In this document: in pieces, positions 1-8,521 of the stretch
How positions within the stretch are numbered: the stretch's first letter is position 1
Layout: every line of letters starts with the position of its first letter
DNA from: an uncultured Pseudomonadales bacterium
GTDB lineage: Bacteria; Patescibacteriota; Microgenomatia; UBA1400; PJMF01
NCBI GenBank assembly: GCA_964412775.1
Contig: CAYPPX010000001.1
Location: 1,122-65,121 of the forward strand
Length of the DNA: 64,000 bases
Reading direction: 5' to 3'
Program-made: the position numbers and the translations under genes
Notes under the pieces: generated by a model
The model's database searches: none
What the model saw: only the letters and a program-made list of their open reading frames with translations
Told to the model about the DNA's origin: nothing

Positions 1-125
1 TCAACCGCACTAGGAGCGACTGTTTTAGGAGTAATTTTTGGAATAGCTTTAACAGCTTTTGGTTGAACTTCAACCTGAGCTTTTCCAACTAGCTCGTCTG
101 CAGAAATATCAGCTTTTGCTGGCAT
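1..125 (-). CDS. 5' partial CDS (N-terminal fragment MPAKADISADELVGKAQVEVQPKAVKAIPK...), hypothetical; gene continues beyond window start
   Basis: Reverse-strand ATG at 123-125 with an open frame running off the window edge; Lys/Ala-rich low-complexity N-terminus. Confidence 0.3.
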   Translation of the reverse strand, partial: MPAKADISADELVGKAQVEVQPKAVKAIPKITPKTVAPSAV

Positions 126-284
126 ATAACTTCTGGTTCCTTTCTTACTTACTGATGATGAATGATAAAAAAATCATGCTTAAAAAATCTACTTATTCGG
201 GAAATTCTTACCGAGTTACCTAAAAGATAAAACTTAATGAGAACTAAGATATTATGGCAAATAAAGCTAAATTTGTCAAAAAAT

Positions 285-1025
285 TTAAATTAAAGCCAAA
301 ATTTTCTCAAGGGCATTGGTTTCATCAACGATTGTCCAGTTGTTCTCTTCAGCGATCTTCACCAAATCGTTGGGGTCTCGGTTGGACTCTTTCATTACAA
401 CTGGTTTACCAATTGCCTTTAACATTTCGATATCTGAATAGGAATCGCCCATCCCCAAAGAAGCTTGCCAATTCACTTCCTGATTAGGAAATAAATTACT
501 AGCTAAATTATTAAGTTGTTCACGTTTGTGTTTGGCTAAAGACAAGTTTACTGCTGCTTGATCGGTGTACTTACCAAACTCATCTACTTGAACTTTAGTG
601 GCTCTAAATCTATCTGGAGTAAAACTATTTGCTTCACAGAAATAACGGACAATTTCGTCTGGACTAGCACTAATTACCAAAGTGGTATAACCACTTTCAG
701 TGAGTTTTGATAATAATGGTTGGACAAAAGCAAAAGTATTTTTTCTTGATTCAGCCCAAACTTCCCTACCAGTCTCAATATATTTTTCCGGATCATTGCC
801 TTTCATGGCTTGCAAGTAATTGGCCAGCCACAAACCGGACATTTCTTCACGACCCAATTTACCATTAGCGTAGTCCACTTCCAAATCATGAAGTTTCTGA
901 AACATCGCATGACTAAACAAACCTCTTTCTACTAGTTTTTCAAGTAAAGCCAAAGATAGCACGCCAGTACTTAGCGTTCCATCAATATCAAAAGCAGCTA
1001 GTTTTATATCATTTGTTTGTAACAT
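285..1025 (-). CDS. HAD-superfamily (Cof-like, subfamily IIB) hydrolase/phosphatase
   Basis: N-terminal FDIDGTL (DxDGT) nucleophile motif and C-terminal GMGDSYSDIEML motif typical of HAD-IIB Cof-type phosphatases. Confidence 0.7.
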   Translation of the reverse strand: MLQTNDIKLAAFDIDGTLSTGVLSLALLEKLVERGLFSHAMFQKLHDLEVDYANGKLGREEMSGLWLANYLQAMKGNDPEKYIETGREVWAESRKNTFAFVQPLLSKLTESGYTTLVISASPDEIVRYFCEANSFTPDRFRATKVQVDEFGKYTDQAAVNLSLAKHKREQLNNLASNLFPNQEVNWQASLGMGDSYSDIEMLKAIGKPVVMKESNRDPNDLVKIAEENNWTIVDETNALEKILALI

Positions 1026-1100
1026 TTTTTTAAAATTTAAACTAAAAAGATGGCATATTATAACTCATAATCTGAATTTGAAACTGTGTAAGACCTTACT

Positions 1101-1949
1101 TTAGTTACTAAGAATTCCTAAAGCACTATTTTCTTTGACTTCAACAATCTTGGCATAGCGAAAGATTCTGATTGGCGAGTCCAAATGTTTACAAGTGTAA
1201 AGAATTAAATCAGCTTGGTAATCAGTGATCTGTTCACCTTCTTCACCAGCATAAATTTCATAAATCCACTTACGTTGACCAGAGATTACTTCCACTCTAT
1301 CTCCCGGTTCTAAATCAGGTAATGAATAAAATGAGTGGTATTTCCAATAGTCATCTTTCCACCACCAATCAAAACCATAACGGTGACCAGCCACAATCAT
1401 TGGCTTAGAACGATCACCAGCTTTACCAAAATCTGGTACCCACCACAAACCAACTTGGAGAGCTTCTTCATAGTTCTCGTTTTGATTTAACTCTGATCTC
1501 ACTCCAATTCTAGGGATCACTAACCAATCACCTTCTGGCAAATCTGGATTGTAAGCTGGTTTGTAACTTCGTTGAGAAGGTAAAACCTTTCTTTTAGTGG
1601 CAGCTTCGTCTAGCAAGTTGAGTTCTAGTTCAAAATTGCCTTTAAGCTCTTCTGCTTGAGCAATTTGATTACCAGGTTGTTGAGGAAAAATAGCGTGTAA
1701 AAGCTTTGGCCCCTGCCAAAAAAGCAGGCCACCAAAACTTAAAATAATTAATAAGTTGAGAAAATTCTTTAACACTTCTCTCAAAAAACTAGGTTGTTTG
1801 ACTGGCTTGAGCTGCTGCTGTTTTTTTTGAGTTTTTTGTTGAAAAAGCTGATGAGCAGTTTTTGCCTCACTACGACGAAAACCCCCATTAAAAACTTGTT
1901 TTATTGAGTTGGAAAACTTAGCTGGTTTAGCCTGGTTCTTCATTTTCAT
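1101..1949 (-). CDS. Sortase-like transpeptidase, membrane-anchored
   Basis: N-terminal TM segment; conserved His (IVAGHR), catalytic Cys in LILYTC (TLxTC-like) and an Arg ~8 residues downstream (PIRIFR); spacing matches the sortase catalytic triad. Confidence 0.5.
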   Translation of the reverse strand: MKMKNQAKPAKFSNSIKQVFNGGFRRSEAKTAHQLFQQKTQKKQQQLKPVKQPSFLREVLKNFLNLLIILSFGGLLFWQGPKLLHAIFPQQPGNQIAQAEELKGNFELELNLLDEAATKRKVLPSQRSYKPAYNPDLPEGDWLVIPRIGVRSELNQNENYEEALQVGLWWVPDFGKAGDRSKPMIVAGHRYGFDWWWKDDYWKYHSFYSLPDLEPGDRVEVISGQRKWIYEIYAGEEGEQITDYQADLILYTCKHLDSPIRIFRYAKIVEVKENSALGILSN

Positions 1950-1960
1950 AAAGATCGTTA

Positions 1961-1989
1961 ATTATAACAAAAAATAGCTATTTTGTCAA
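1961..1989 (-). promoter_or_regulatory. Consensus sigma70-type promoter (TTGACA-17nt-TATAAT) directly upstream of the sortase-like gene; implies a near-leaderless transcript
   Basis: Reverse complement reads TTGACA (1984-1989), a 17-nt spacer and TATAAT (1961-1966); start codon at 1947-1949. Confidence 0.5.
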
Positions 1990-2029
1990 TGTTATAGGAT
2001 AATTTTGGGAAATATTTTGGTTTAAACAA

Positions 2030-2500
2030 AAAAAGCGCTAAGCTGAAGTTCGGTAGCCTGCCCAACCGACCGAACTTCAACCTAACGCTTTCACGAATCT
2101 AACCCGTAGTATACAACAAGTCTGAACATTAATATATAGTAATAAATATTAAAAGATATTAATATCCAGTTTACCGGACCCGATGAAAATGCTATGTTCA
2201 GTTCATCTCTCACAAACCACAGTGTTTTCGTGAGAAATACAGAGCAATATTATTCGTGGTCTTCCAGCGGTAATCTTGCGCCTTGATCCACCGTATTTGT
2301 AGTTCTGCCTGCCATGTTCTGGAATCTACAAATTGCGGTGGATTTTTTTATCTCAAGTTCCCATCTTTAGAGAACCGTTGATTTTTAATTCTTCCACTCT
2401 AAATGCTTCAAAACCAGCTTTTAATAAAGTCTTCCATGCTGATTGCCTCCCCTAAGATTAATTAGGCTTCCTGGAGGTAATCAGCCTTTATTTTTCAATT
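2030..2500. other. Noncoding structured region, candidate small RNA(s) of unknown family
   Basis: ~750-bp ORF-free interval. GC-rich inverted repeat gaagttcgg...ccgaacttc (2044-2075) with a T-run on the minus strand. Long imperfect hairpin ccaccgtatttgtag...ctacaaattgcggtgg plus TTTTTTT (2293-2352) on the plus strand. A second terminator-like hairpin lies at 2438-2496. Confidence 0.25.
2438..2496 (+). terminator. Rho-independent terminator-like hairpin (gctgattgcctcc ... ggaggtaatcagc followed by a T-run)
   Basis: 13-bp imperfect stem plus CTTTATTTTT seen directly in the sequence. Confidence 0.4.
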
Positions 2501-2705
2501 GATTTTAAAACAAATTCACTATAACTCATTTTTAGTTATTTTGTCAAATTTTTAGGTCTTATAATAATAAATACTCTATATTTTGACTATCTTATATAAT
2601 TATATTTAAAACAAAACCAGGTTTATTTAAAAAGTTATCAACAAGATTAGTAAAGATGAGGATAACTGGTGAAAAACCAAAAATAAGCTATAATTTAATA
2701 ACCAA

Positions 2706-2999
2706 ATGACAAAAGAAGTCGTTAAAACCCAAAAAATTGCTGACTCATTAGAGGTTGATTTAATTTTAGAGAACAGCATTTACTTTTTAATCCTGAGAAT
2801 AACTGGAGAAAATCCTGAAGAAAAACAACCGATTGAAATCAATAACGACAAGGTAGTAGCTGAAAAAATTTTTAACGAAATAATTAAACTTAGCTTAATT
2901 AGCATTGGCCCAAATACCCTTTGGCAACTAATCACTAACAAAGTTTTAAGCGAACTCTATGGTTTGCCTGGCATAATTCCAGATAAACTCTTTGAATAA
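2706..2999 (+). CDS. Hypothetical small protein (97 aa)
   Basis: ORF only; no recognisable motif. Confidence 0.3.
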   Translation: MTKEVVKTQKIADSLEVDLILENSIYFLILRITGENPEEKQPIEINNDKVVAEKIFNEIIKLSLISIGPNTLWQLITNKVLSELYGLPGIIPDKLFE

Positions 3000-3049
3000 A
3001 GACCTCTCTCCCCTAGAAACAGATATCTGTATATAATGGAAACATCCTT

Positions 3050-5227
3050 ATGACTTCACATACTATTTTAGAAATTAGAACTGGCCGTGATGCTGAACAT
3101 ACTCCAGAAACTGCCGTCCAGTTTTACTCTACTCTACCTAAACTTTACAACAATATTTTTTACCAACTAATTGGCCAACATGAATACTTTAGTTTGGAGA
3201 TTGTCGTCAGAGATCAAACCATTAAGTTCTTGATGTACGTCCCCAACCGTTTAGTGGAATATGTTCGAGGGGCAATCACTGCTAGCTATCCAGAGTCCTT
3301 AGTAACTGAAAGACTTGATGACCCTATTCTTGACTTTTTTGACCCAGAAGGAAAACTTATTGCACCAACTTTTGTTAAAACTGGTAATTTAGCTTTATCA
3401 AATGCAGAATATTTACCCTTAAAAACCTATTTAGATTTTAAAGAAGTTGATCCACTAGCCTCACTCCTTGCTTTTCTTTCTAAGAGCCAACCCACAGATA
3501 TCATTCATATCCAATATTTGGTTTCACAAGATAGAGACTGGTGGAAAAATAAAGGTTGGCATGAAATTAGTGGTAAATCAGTTGACGATGCTTCGGCTGG
3601 TTACCACCGTCAAAAAGCCATGATTGAGGAGAAACTCAAAAAGGAAGCTTTAAAAGTAGGGATTAAAATTGCAGTTAGAACAGACTCTGCCCAACGCAGT
3701 GACCTAATTATTGAAACTCTTGCAGCTACTTATAATTCTATCTCTAAGAGTGAAGGTAACTTGCTGGTTTTGCGTAGAAATTACCTTTTCAAAACTCATT
3801 TTATGAAGATGATGAAGAAACGAGATTTCTTTATGTCTCCTAAAATGCACTTGGCTCTAGATGAGTTGGCCACCGTTTATCACTTGCCCAATAAAGATTT
3901 GGAGGTTATTCCTAATATTGCTTGGGGTAAAAATCTACTTGGTGAACCACCAGAAAATTTACCAATCATCACTCGTGACACCAACCCAGAAGAAAAAGTT
4001 CATACCAACGTTTTTGCCGAGACTACTTATAAAAATAAAGCAGTGAAATATGGTTTAAAACGAGCCGATCGTCGTCGCCACATGTATGTCATTGGTAAAA
4101 CTGGTACTGGTAAGTCTACTCTCCTGGCTAACATGGCCATTAATGACTTAAAAAATAACGAGGGCATGTGTGTCATCGATCCTCATGGTGATCTAGTAGA
4201 AACTCTCCTTAACTATATTCCTTCTCGCAGAATTAATGATGTAATTTACTTTGACCCCAGTGACCCTGAAAGAACTGTCCAGATTAACTTATTTGAAGGT
4301 AAAAATGTCGTTCACCGAGAATTGATTGCTTCTGGTATTATCTCTATTTTCCAAAAACTTTATGGTTACTCCTGGGGTCCAAGACTTGAATATATTTTGA
4401 GAAATGCTTTGTTAACCCTTTTGACGAGTGATAATGCCAGGTTGTCTGATATCTTGGAGCTTTTGACTAATAAAAAATTTAGAGATAAATATGTCGAAAA
4501 TCTTGAAGACCCAATCTTGAAAAGCTATTGGGTGGAAGAATATAACAAGATGCAAGACCGATTAAGGACTGAGTCAATTGCTTCTATTTTAAATAAAGTG
4601 GGCCAATTTACCTCTTCACCACTAATTCGTAACGTGGTGAATGCTCATAAAAGTTCCTTTAACATCGAAGATATTATGAATGAAGGCAAGATTTTACTGG
4701 TTAATCTTTCTCAGGGAAAACTCGGTGAAGACAATGCCACCTTACTAGGTGCGATGATGATTACTAAAATTCAACTTGCTGCCATGACCAGAGTTCACAT
4801 TGAAGAAGAAAAAAGAAGAGATTTTTATCTTTATGTCGACGAGTTCCAAAACTTTGCCACTGAGGCCTTTATTAAAATTTTGTCTGAAGCTCGTAAATAT
4901 CGACTAAATTTAACTCTGGCTAACCAGTATATTGCTCAAATCCCAGAAGAAGTCCAAAAAGCGATCTTTGGTAACTGTGGTAGTGTGGCTAGTTTTGTCA
5001 TGGGTTCGGAGGATGCTGAAGTCTTCAGTAAAGAGTATGGTGAACATTACACTCCTGACGAGCTGGTTTCACTAGAAAAGCACCAAATTATTAATCGAAT
5101 CTCAATTGATAATGTCTTAAGTAAACCATTCCCAGCTCGAACCTTGGCCTTAGCCAAAAGCAGTAATATGAATAAAGATAAAGTGATTAAAGTGAGCAAA
5201 GAACGTTACGCTAAAAAACGTAGTTAG
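3050..5227 (+). CDS. VirD4/TraG/TraD-like type IV coupling protein-like P-loop ATPase (soluble; lacks N-terminal TM segments)
   Basis: Walker A YVIGKTGTGKST, downstream IDPHGDL, Walker B-like LYVDEFQNF (DEFxN motif of the TraG-D_C/VirD4 family); no hydrophobic N-terminus. Confidence 0.5.
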   Translation: MTSHTILEIRTGRDAEHTPETAVQFYSTLPKLYNNIFYQLIGQHEYFSLEIVVRDQTIKFLMYVPNRLVEYVRGAITASYPESLVTERLDDPILDFFDPEGKLIAPTFVKTGNLALSNAEYLPLKTYLDFKEVDPLASLLAFLSKSQPTDIIHIQYLVSQDRDWWKNKGWHEISGKSVDDASAGYHRQKAMIEEKLKKEALKVGIKIAVRTDSAQRSDLIIETLAATYNSISKSEGNLLVLRRNYLFKTHFMKMMKKRDFFMSPKMHLALDELATVYHLPNKDLEVIPNIAWGKNLLGEPPENLPIITRDTNPEEKVHTNVFAETTYKNKAVKYGLKRADRRRHMYVIGKTGTGKSTLLANMAINDLKNNEGMCVIDPHGDLVETLLNYIPSRRINDVIYFDPSDPERTVQINLFEGKNVVHRELIASGIISIFQKLYGYSWGPRLEYILRNALLTLLTSDNARLSDILELLTNKKFRDKYVENLEDPILKSYWVEEYNKMQDRLRTESIASILNKVGQFTSSPLIRNVVNAHKSSFNIEDIMNEGKILLVNLSQGKLGEDNATLLGAMMITKIQLAAMTRVHIEEEKRRDFYLYVDEFQNFATEAFIKILSEARKYRLNLTLANQYIAQIPEEVQKAIFGNCGSVASFVMGSEDAEVFSKEYGEHYTPDELVSLEKHQIINRISIDNVLSKPFPARTLALAKSSNMNKDKVIKVSKERYAKKRS

Positions 5228-5261
5228 TGGTTGGGACTAATTTAAAATTAACTCACAACTC

Positions 5262-5293
5262 ACTCCCCTCTCCCCCGTGGGTAAGTGTCTCAT
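5262..5293 (+). repeat. GC-rich ~30-nt intergenic element, copy 1 (CCCCTCTCCCCCGTGGGTAAGTGTCTCAT)
   Basis: Near-identical sequence recurs at 13248-13277 (same orientation) and 45732-45766 (inverted); stands out against AT-rich intergenic DNA. Confidence 0.5.
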
Positions 5294-5391
5294 GTTTTTC
5301 TGACAACAAATTTGAAACAAAAATATAACCAAACGATATGTTTGCTTGTCACTCAAAAAAATTTTAATACTGTTAAAACCTAACTCAAAAT

Positions 5392-6789
5392 CTAAAGCAA
5401 ACCTAATTCTGCTAAAACATCTTTAACAAAGCGATGAGATTCACGTGAGTAGATCTTACTAAAACCCAATCTTTTGGCTTCTTTCTTTCTTTTTTCCAAA
5501 AAAGGTACTTTTCTAATCTCTCCAAGTAAACCGATTTCACCAATAAAAATAGCTTTCTGTGGTATTTTTTTGTTCTTTAATGAGCTGGCAATCGCCACTG
5601 CCAAACCCAAATCAACAGCTGGTTCTTTAACCGTAAAACCACCCGCAACATTCAAAAAAACATCATTTGAGTCTAGAGGTAGTTTGGCGTGTTTTTGCAA
5701 AACTGCTGCTAAGACTTGAATTCTTGACAGCTCTACTCCACGCCCCACTCTTCGGGGCATAGCTAGTTGTGAAAAGTTAACCAAAGCTTGAACTTCAATT
5801 AGTAGAGGTCTAGTACCTTCCATCACACAACTAGTAGCATTTCCAGGTATACCAGCTTCTACTTCTTCTAAAAATAACTCACTAGGATTCTTGACCTCGG
5901 CTAAACCATACTCATCATGCTGAAAAACCCCAACCTCATCGGTTGCCCCGAACCGATTTTTTAAAGCACGAACCAGCCTCAATTGGCTTGATCTTTCACC
6001 ACTAATTTCAATAACTGCATCAACAATATGTTCTAAAACTTTTGGTCCAGCAATCGTGCCTTCCTTAGTCACATGGCCAATAAAAAAAACTGGAATATGA
6101 AATGCCTTAGCGATTTGGGTTATTTTCTCAGTTGATTCTCTAATCTGGCCAATACTGCCACTAGCTCCAGTTAACTCAACACTAGAGATAGTCTGGATAC
6201 TGTCAATTATTACCAACCTTGGTTTCCGTTTAGCAATCAAGTTAACAATTTCTTCTGCTTGAACACTGCTAACAAACACTAGTTTTTTGAGTTGATCTTT
6301 CGGGTCAAAGCTGCTTGATTTTTTTGAACTATTTTTATGTTCTTTTTCTAAAAAACGATTGATTCTAATAGAAATTTGAGCAGGACTTTCTTCACCAGAA
6401 ATATAAAGAATCTCTTTTTCAGCAAAGTGCTTATTTTCGGTATTCATTAATAAACCTACCACCACTTGTGTTAACAGAGTAGATTTACCAATCCCCGGCT
6501 CACCACCCAATAAAGTCACCATTCCTGGGACTAAACCACCGCCTAAAACCCGATCTAACTCGCTAATCGTTGTCGAAAACCGGTTTTTAGTCGTTTCTAC
6601 AAGCTCGACATCTGGGAAAAAAGTAATAATCTCTTCTGGATCTTTAAAAACCTGTTGGTTTTGAGCTTTTTCGTTGGCAACTTCCTCAACTAAAGTATTC
6701 CAAGCCCCACAACCACCACACTGACCTTGCCATTTCGGAAAAGAGGCCCCACACTGCTGACAGGTAAATTGAGAATGTCTTTTAGGCAC
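5392..6789 (-). CDS. radA: DNA repair protein RadA/Sms
   Basis: N-terminal C4 zinc finger (CQQCGA...CGGCGAWNT), RecA-like Walker A GEPGIGKSTLL, C-terminal Lon-protease-like domain. Confidence 0.9.
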   Translation of the reverse strand: MPKRHSQFTCQQCGASFPKWQGQCGGCGAWNTLVEEVANEKAQNQQVFKDPEEIITFFPDVELVETTKNRFSTTISELDRVLGGGLVPGMVTLLGGEPGIGKSTLLTQVVVGLLMNTENKHFAEKEILYISGEESPAQISIRINRFLEKEHKNSSKKSSSFDPKDQLKKLVFVSSVQAEEIVNLIAKRKPRLVIIDSIQTISSVELTGASGSIGQIRESTEKITQIAKAFHIPVFFIGHVTKEGTIAGPKVLEHIVDAVIEISGERSSQLRLVRALKNRFGATDEVGVFQHDEYGLAEVKNPSELFLEEVEAGIPGNATSCVMEGTRPLLIEVQALVNFSQLAMPRRVGRGVELSRIQVLAAVLQKHAKLPLDSNDVFLNVAGGFTVKEPAVDLGLAVAIASSLKNKKIPQKAIFIGEIGLLGEIRKVPFLEKRKKEAKRLGFSKIYSRESHRFVKDVLAELGLL

Positions 6790-6799
6790 TAATGATATC

Positions 6800-7096
6800 T
6801 TACTCTATGTTGCCAACAAACAAAGTATCACCACTATATTGCCCAGTCACCGTTACTTTTTGACCAACATAAGCAGAAAGGTCGATTGCATAACTATCAA
6901 TCTCTTTGGGAACTTGGCCGGCTTCAGTTAAAAAATATTTACCATCAACAGTGCTAATTGTCCCAGTTTTGGTAGTGTCCCCTACTTTTTCATTAGCGGC
7001 TCGTTGAACTTCTTGTTTGGTCAAGTTTTGTTTACCACAGCCAGCAAATAGAATAGCCGAACCCAATAAAACAACTGAGAGAAATACTTTTTTCAT
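6800..7096 (-). CDS. Small lipoprotein, hypothetical
   Basis: Signal peptide with lipobox LFAGC; 98 aa. Confidence 0.5.
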   Translation of the reverse strand: MKKVFLSVVLLGSAILFAGCGKQNLTKQEVQRAANEKVGDTTKTGTISTVDGKYFLTEAGQVPKEIDSYAIDLSAYVGQKVTVTGQYSGDTLFVGNIE

Positions 7097-7154
7097 AACT
7101 AACCTTTACCTAGCTAATAATTAGCTAAAAGTATAAAGATAAACGAACAAACTT

Positions 7155-8486
7155 TCAAAGCCTAGCTTTTTTACTAATTAGCTTAGTTGTGGAAAATCTA
7201 GGATTATGTTGGTAAACAACTTTGAGCTGGCCACCACACTCTTGCATAATCTTGGCTTTTTCTGACTGGTGGGCGGTGTGAGCTGAAACAGCCAAAACAT
7301 CAGGTTTTAACTGACGAATTAACTTGATGTGATCTGCTTTAGTTTGAAATTTTTCTGGCAAAATAAAAACTTCATCAGCTAGTTGTAATTTTTCTAAATT
7401 ATTTTTTCTGGTTTTTTGGTCAAAAATAGGTCGATCAGAGCCCTTGATTTGTTTGACTCGTTTATCTGATTCCAAGCCAACTATTAAGTAATCACCCACC
7501 GCTTTGGCTGCTTGAAGAAACTTAGTATGTTCTTGGTGTAAAACATCAAATACACCAGTTACCAAAACTTTTTTGGGCTTTACTAGTCTGAAATAATGGT
7601 TTTTCCAATTAGCAATAATATCCATTTTAGTCGTTTTGGCATGCAAAAAAGCACTGTGCAAAGTGGTGTTTTGTTTACCATGTCTGAACTGACGATAACG
7701 ATCCTGAATAAAAAACAATCCCTGTTCTAACAATAAACCTAGATCAAAAGTGGCTGGATTAGTTTTAGCCAACCTAACAGTAGTTGGAAACTTGCTAAAC
7801 ATAAAGTAATCATTAACCCAATTATTTTGCTGAAAAAACCTTTCTTTAATCTGGTTTTTATTAACTACCCAACGAGTCTGTAATATTTCATAAGCTTCAT
7901 AAATTCCTCGCTTGGCTGGGGGTAATGCTAAAGTAGTTTCATCAAGCCAAAAATTAAAATCCCAGCTATAACTCAAATCACCAGCTGGTAACTTGGGTCT
8001 TCGGCCATTTAGCCAAGAAATAATCAAAAAAATCAACCTGGTCGACCACAACCTGTTTTTCTTGGTGATAATTAAAAAATCTAAATCATGTTTTTTCTCA
8101 ACTACTCCAGCTGCATAAGAACCAGTCAACACTACTCCTAACACCCAGGGAATTTTTTTGGCAAAGATAACTAATTCACTAATGACCGCTTCTTTTGACT
8201 GCTGGAGTTTTTTACTGGTAGTTCTAGTTTTTACTGGTGAAGTTTTTAAATAAAAAAAGTTATTTTTCTGTAAAATAATATTGGTGGCTACTAGTTTTTT
8301 TAAAGCAGTAAGCACCTCTGATTTGGTTGGTCTTTTTTGGCTAACTTTGAAATTAGGTTCTAATAAAGTTAAAAACTTGGGTTGAAAAATTCTAGCAATT
8401 AATTCTGCTTCAGTTAAAGGATAATTAAACTGGGCACTATATGCCAAAACAGCCACAATAGTTCTTTCTGTAACAGAAAAATCCAT
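7155..8486 (-). CDS. Two-domain protein: N-terminal Pol-beta-like nucleotidyltransferase domain plus C-terminal cytidylyltransferase-like (HxGH) domain
   Basis: GSYAAG...DLDFLII NTase signature; C-terminal VTGVFDVLHQEH (HIGH-type nucleotidyltransferase motif as in TagD/RfaE domain II). Confidence 0.5.
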   Translation of the reverse strand: MDFSVTERTIVAVLAYSAQFNYPLTEAELIARIFQPKFLTLLEPNFKVSQKRPTKSEVLTALKKLVATNIILQKNNFFYLKTSPVKTRTTSKKLQQSKEAVISELVIFAKKIPWVLGVVLTGSYAAGVVEKKHDLDFLIITKKNRLWSTRLIFLIISWLNGRRPKLPAGDLSYSWDFNFWLDETTLALPPAKRGIYEAYEILQTRWVVNKNQIKERFFQQNNWVNDYFMFSKFPTTVRLAKTNPATFDLGLLLEQGLFFIQDRYRQFRHGKQNTTLHSAFLHAKTTKMDIIANWKNHYFRLVKPKKVLVTGVFDVLHQEHTKFLQAAKAVGDYLIVGLESDKRVKQIKGSDRPIFDQKTRKNNLEKLQLADEVFILPEKFQTKADHIKLIRQLKPDVLAVSAHTAHQSEKAKIMQECGGQLKVVYQHNPRFSTTKLISKKARL

Positions 8487-8521
8487 AGTGGTTATTATAG
8501 CCCTTAAGTTTAAAAGATAAC

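Noticed and set aside
254-487. 77-aa plus-strand ORF overlapping the HAD hydrolase gene
   Set aside because: Lies entirely within the longer, motif-supported minus-strand CDS; low-complexity basic translation; likely a spurious antisense ORF.
2030-2500. tmRNA or RNase P RNA in the long noncoding gap
   Set aside because: Looked for the tmRNA ends (GGGG… / …UCCACCA with tRNA-like T-arm) and the RNase P conserved GGAAAGUCCGG and ACAGAA…GGCUUA regions on both strands; none found, so the region is left as an unclassified candidate ncRNA.
3861-4046. Short internal ORFs nested inside or antisense to long CDSs (e.g. 3861-4046, 5474-5719, 11929-12339, 14062-14349, 14350-14595, 14710-14892, 15279-15548, 18083-18601, 21652-21891, 22169-22445, 23329-23631, 24799-25023, 26338-26586, 27124-27684, 29602-29829, 30688-30917, 31047-31412, 32863-33188, 35806-36384, 36604-36897, 37557-37793, 38425-38805, 39072-39266, 48894-49121, 50704-50889, 51668-51985, 52435-52781, 53423-53659, 54916-55164, 56863-57178, 61334-61522, 63256-63594)
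   Set aside because: All are embedded in or antisense to longer ORFs with recognisable domains; hydrophobic or low-complexity translations typical of out-of-frame reads in AT-rich DNA.
5273-5293. Mini-ORF (MRHLPTG… / MRRLPTGQRG…) encoded on the reverse strand of the repeated GC-rich element
   Set aside because: Copies differ by non-synonymous changes and terminate at different lengths (7 to 28 codons); no SD; LPTG is not a true LPXTG sorting motif. An RNA or DNA element is more parsimonious.
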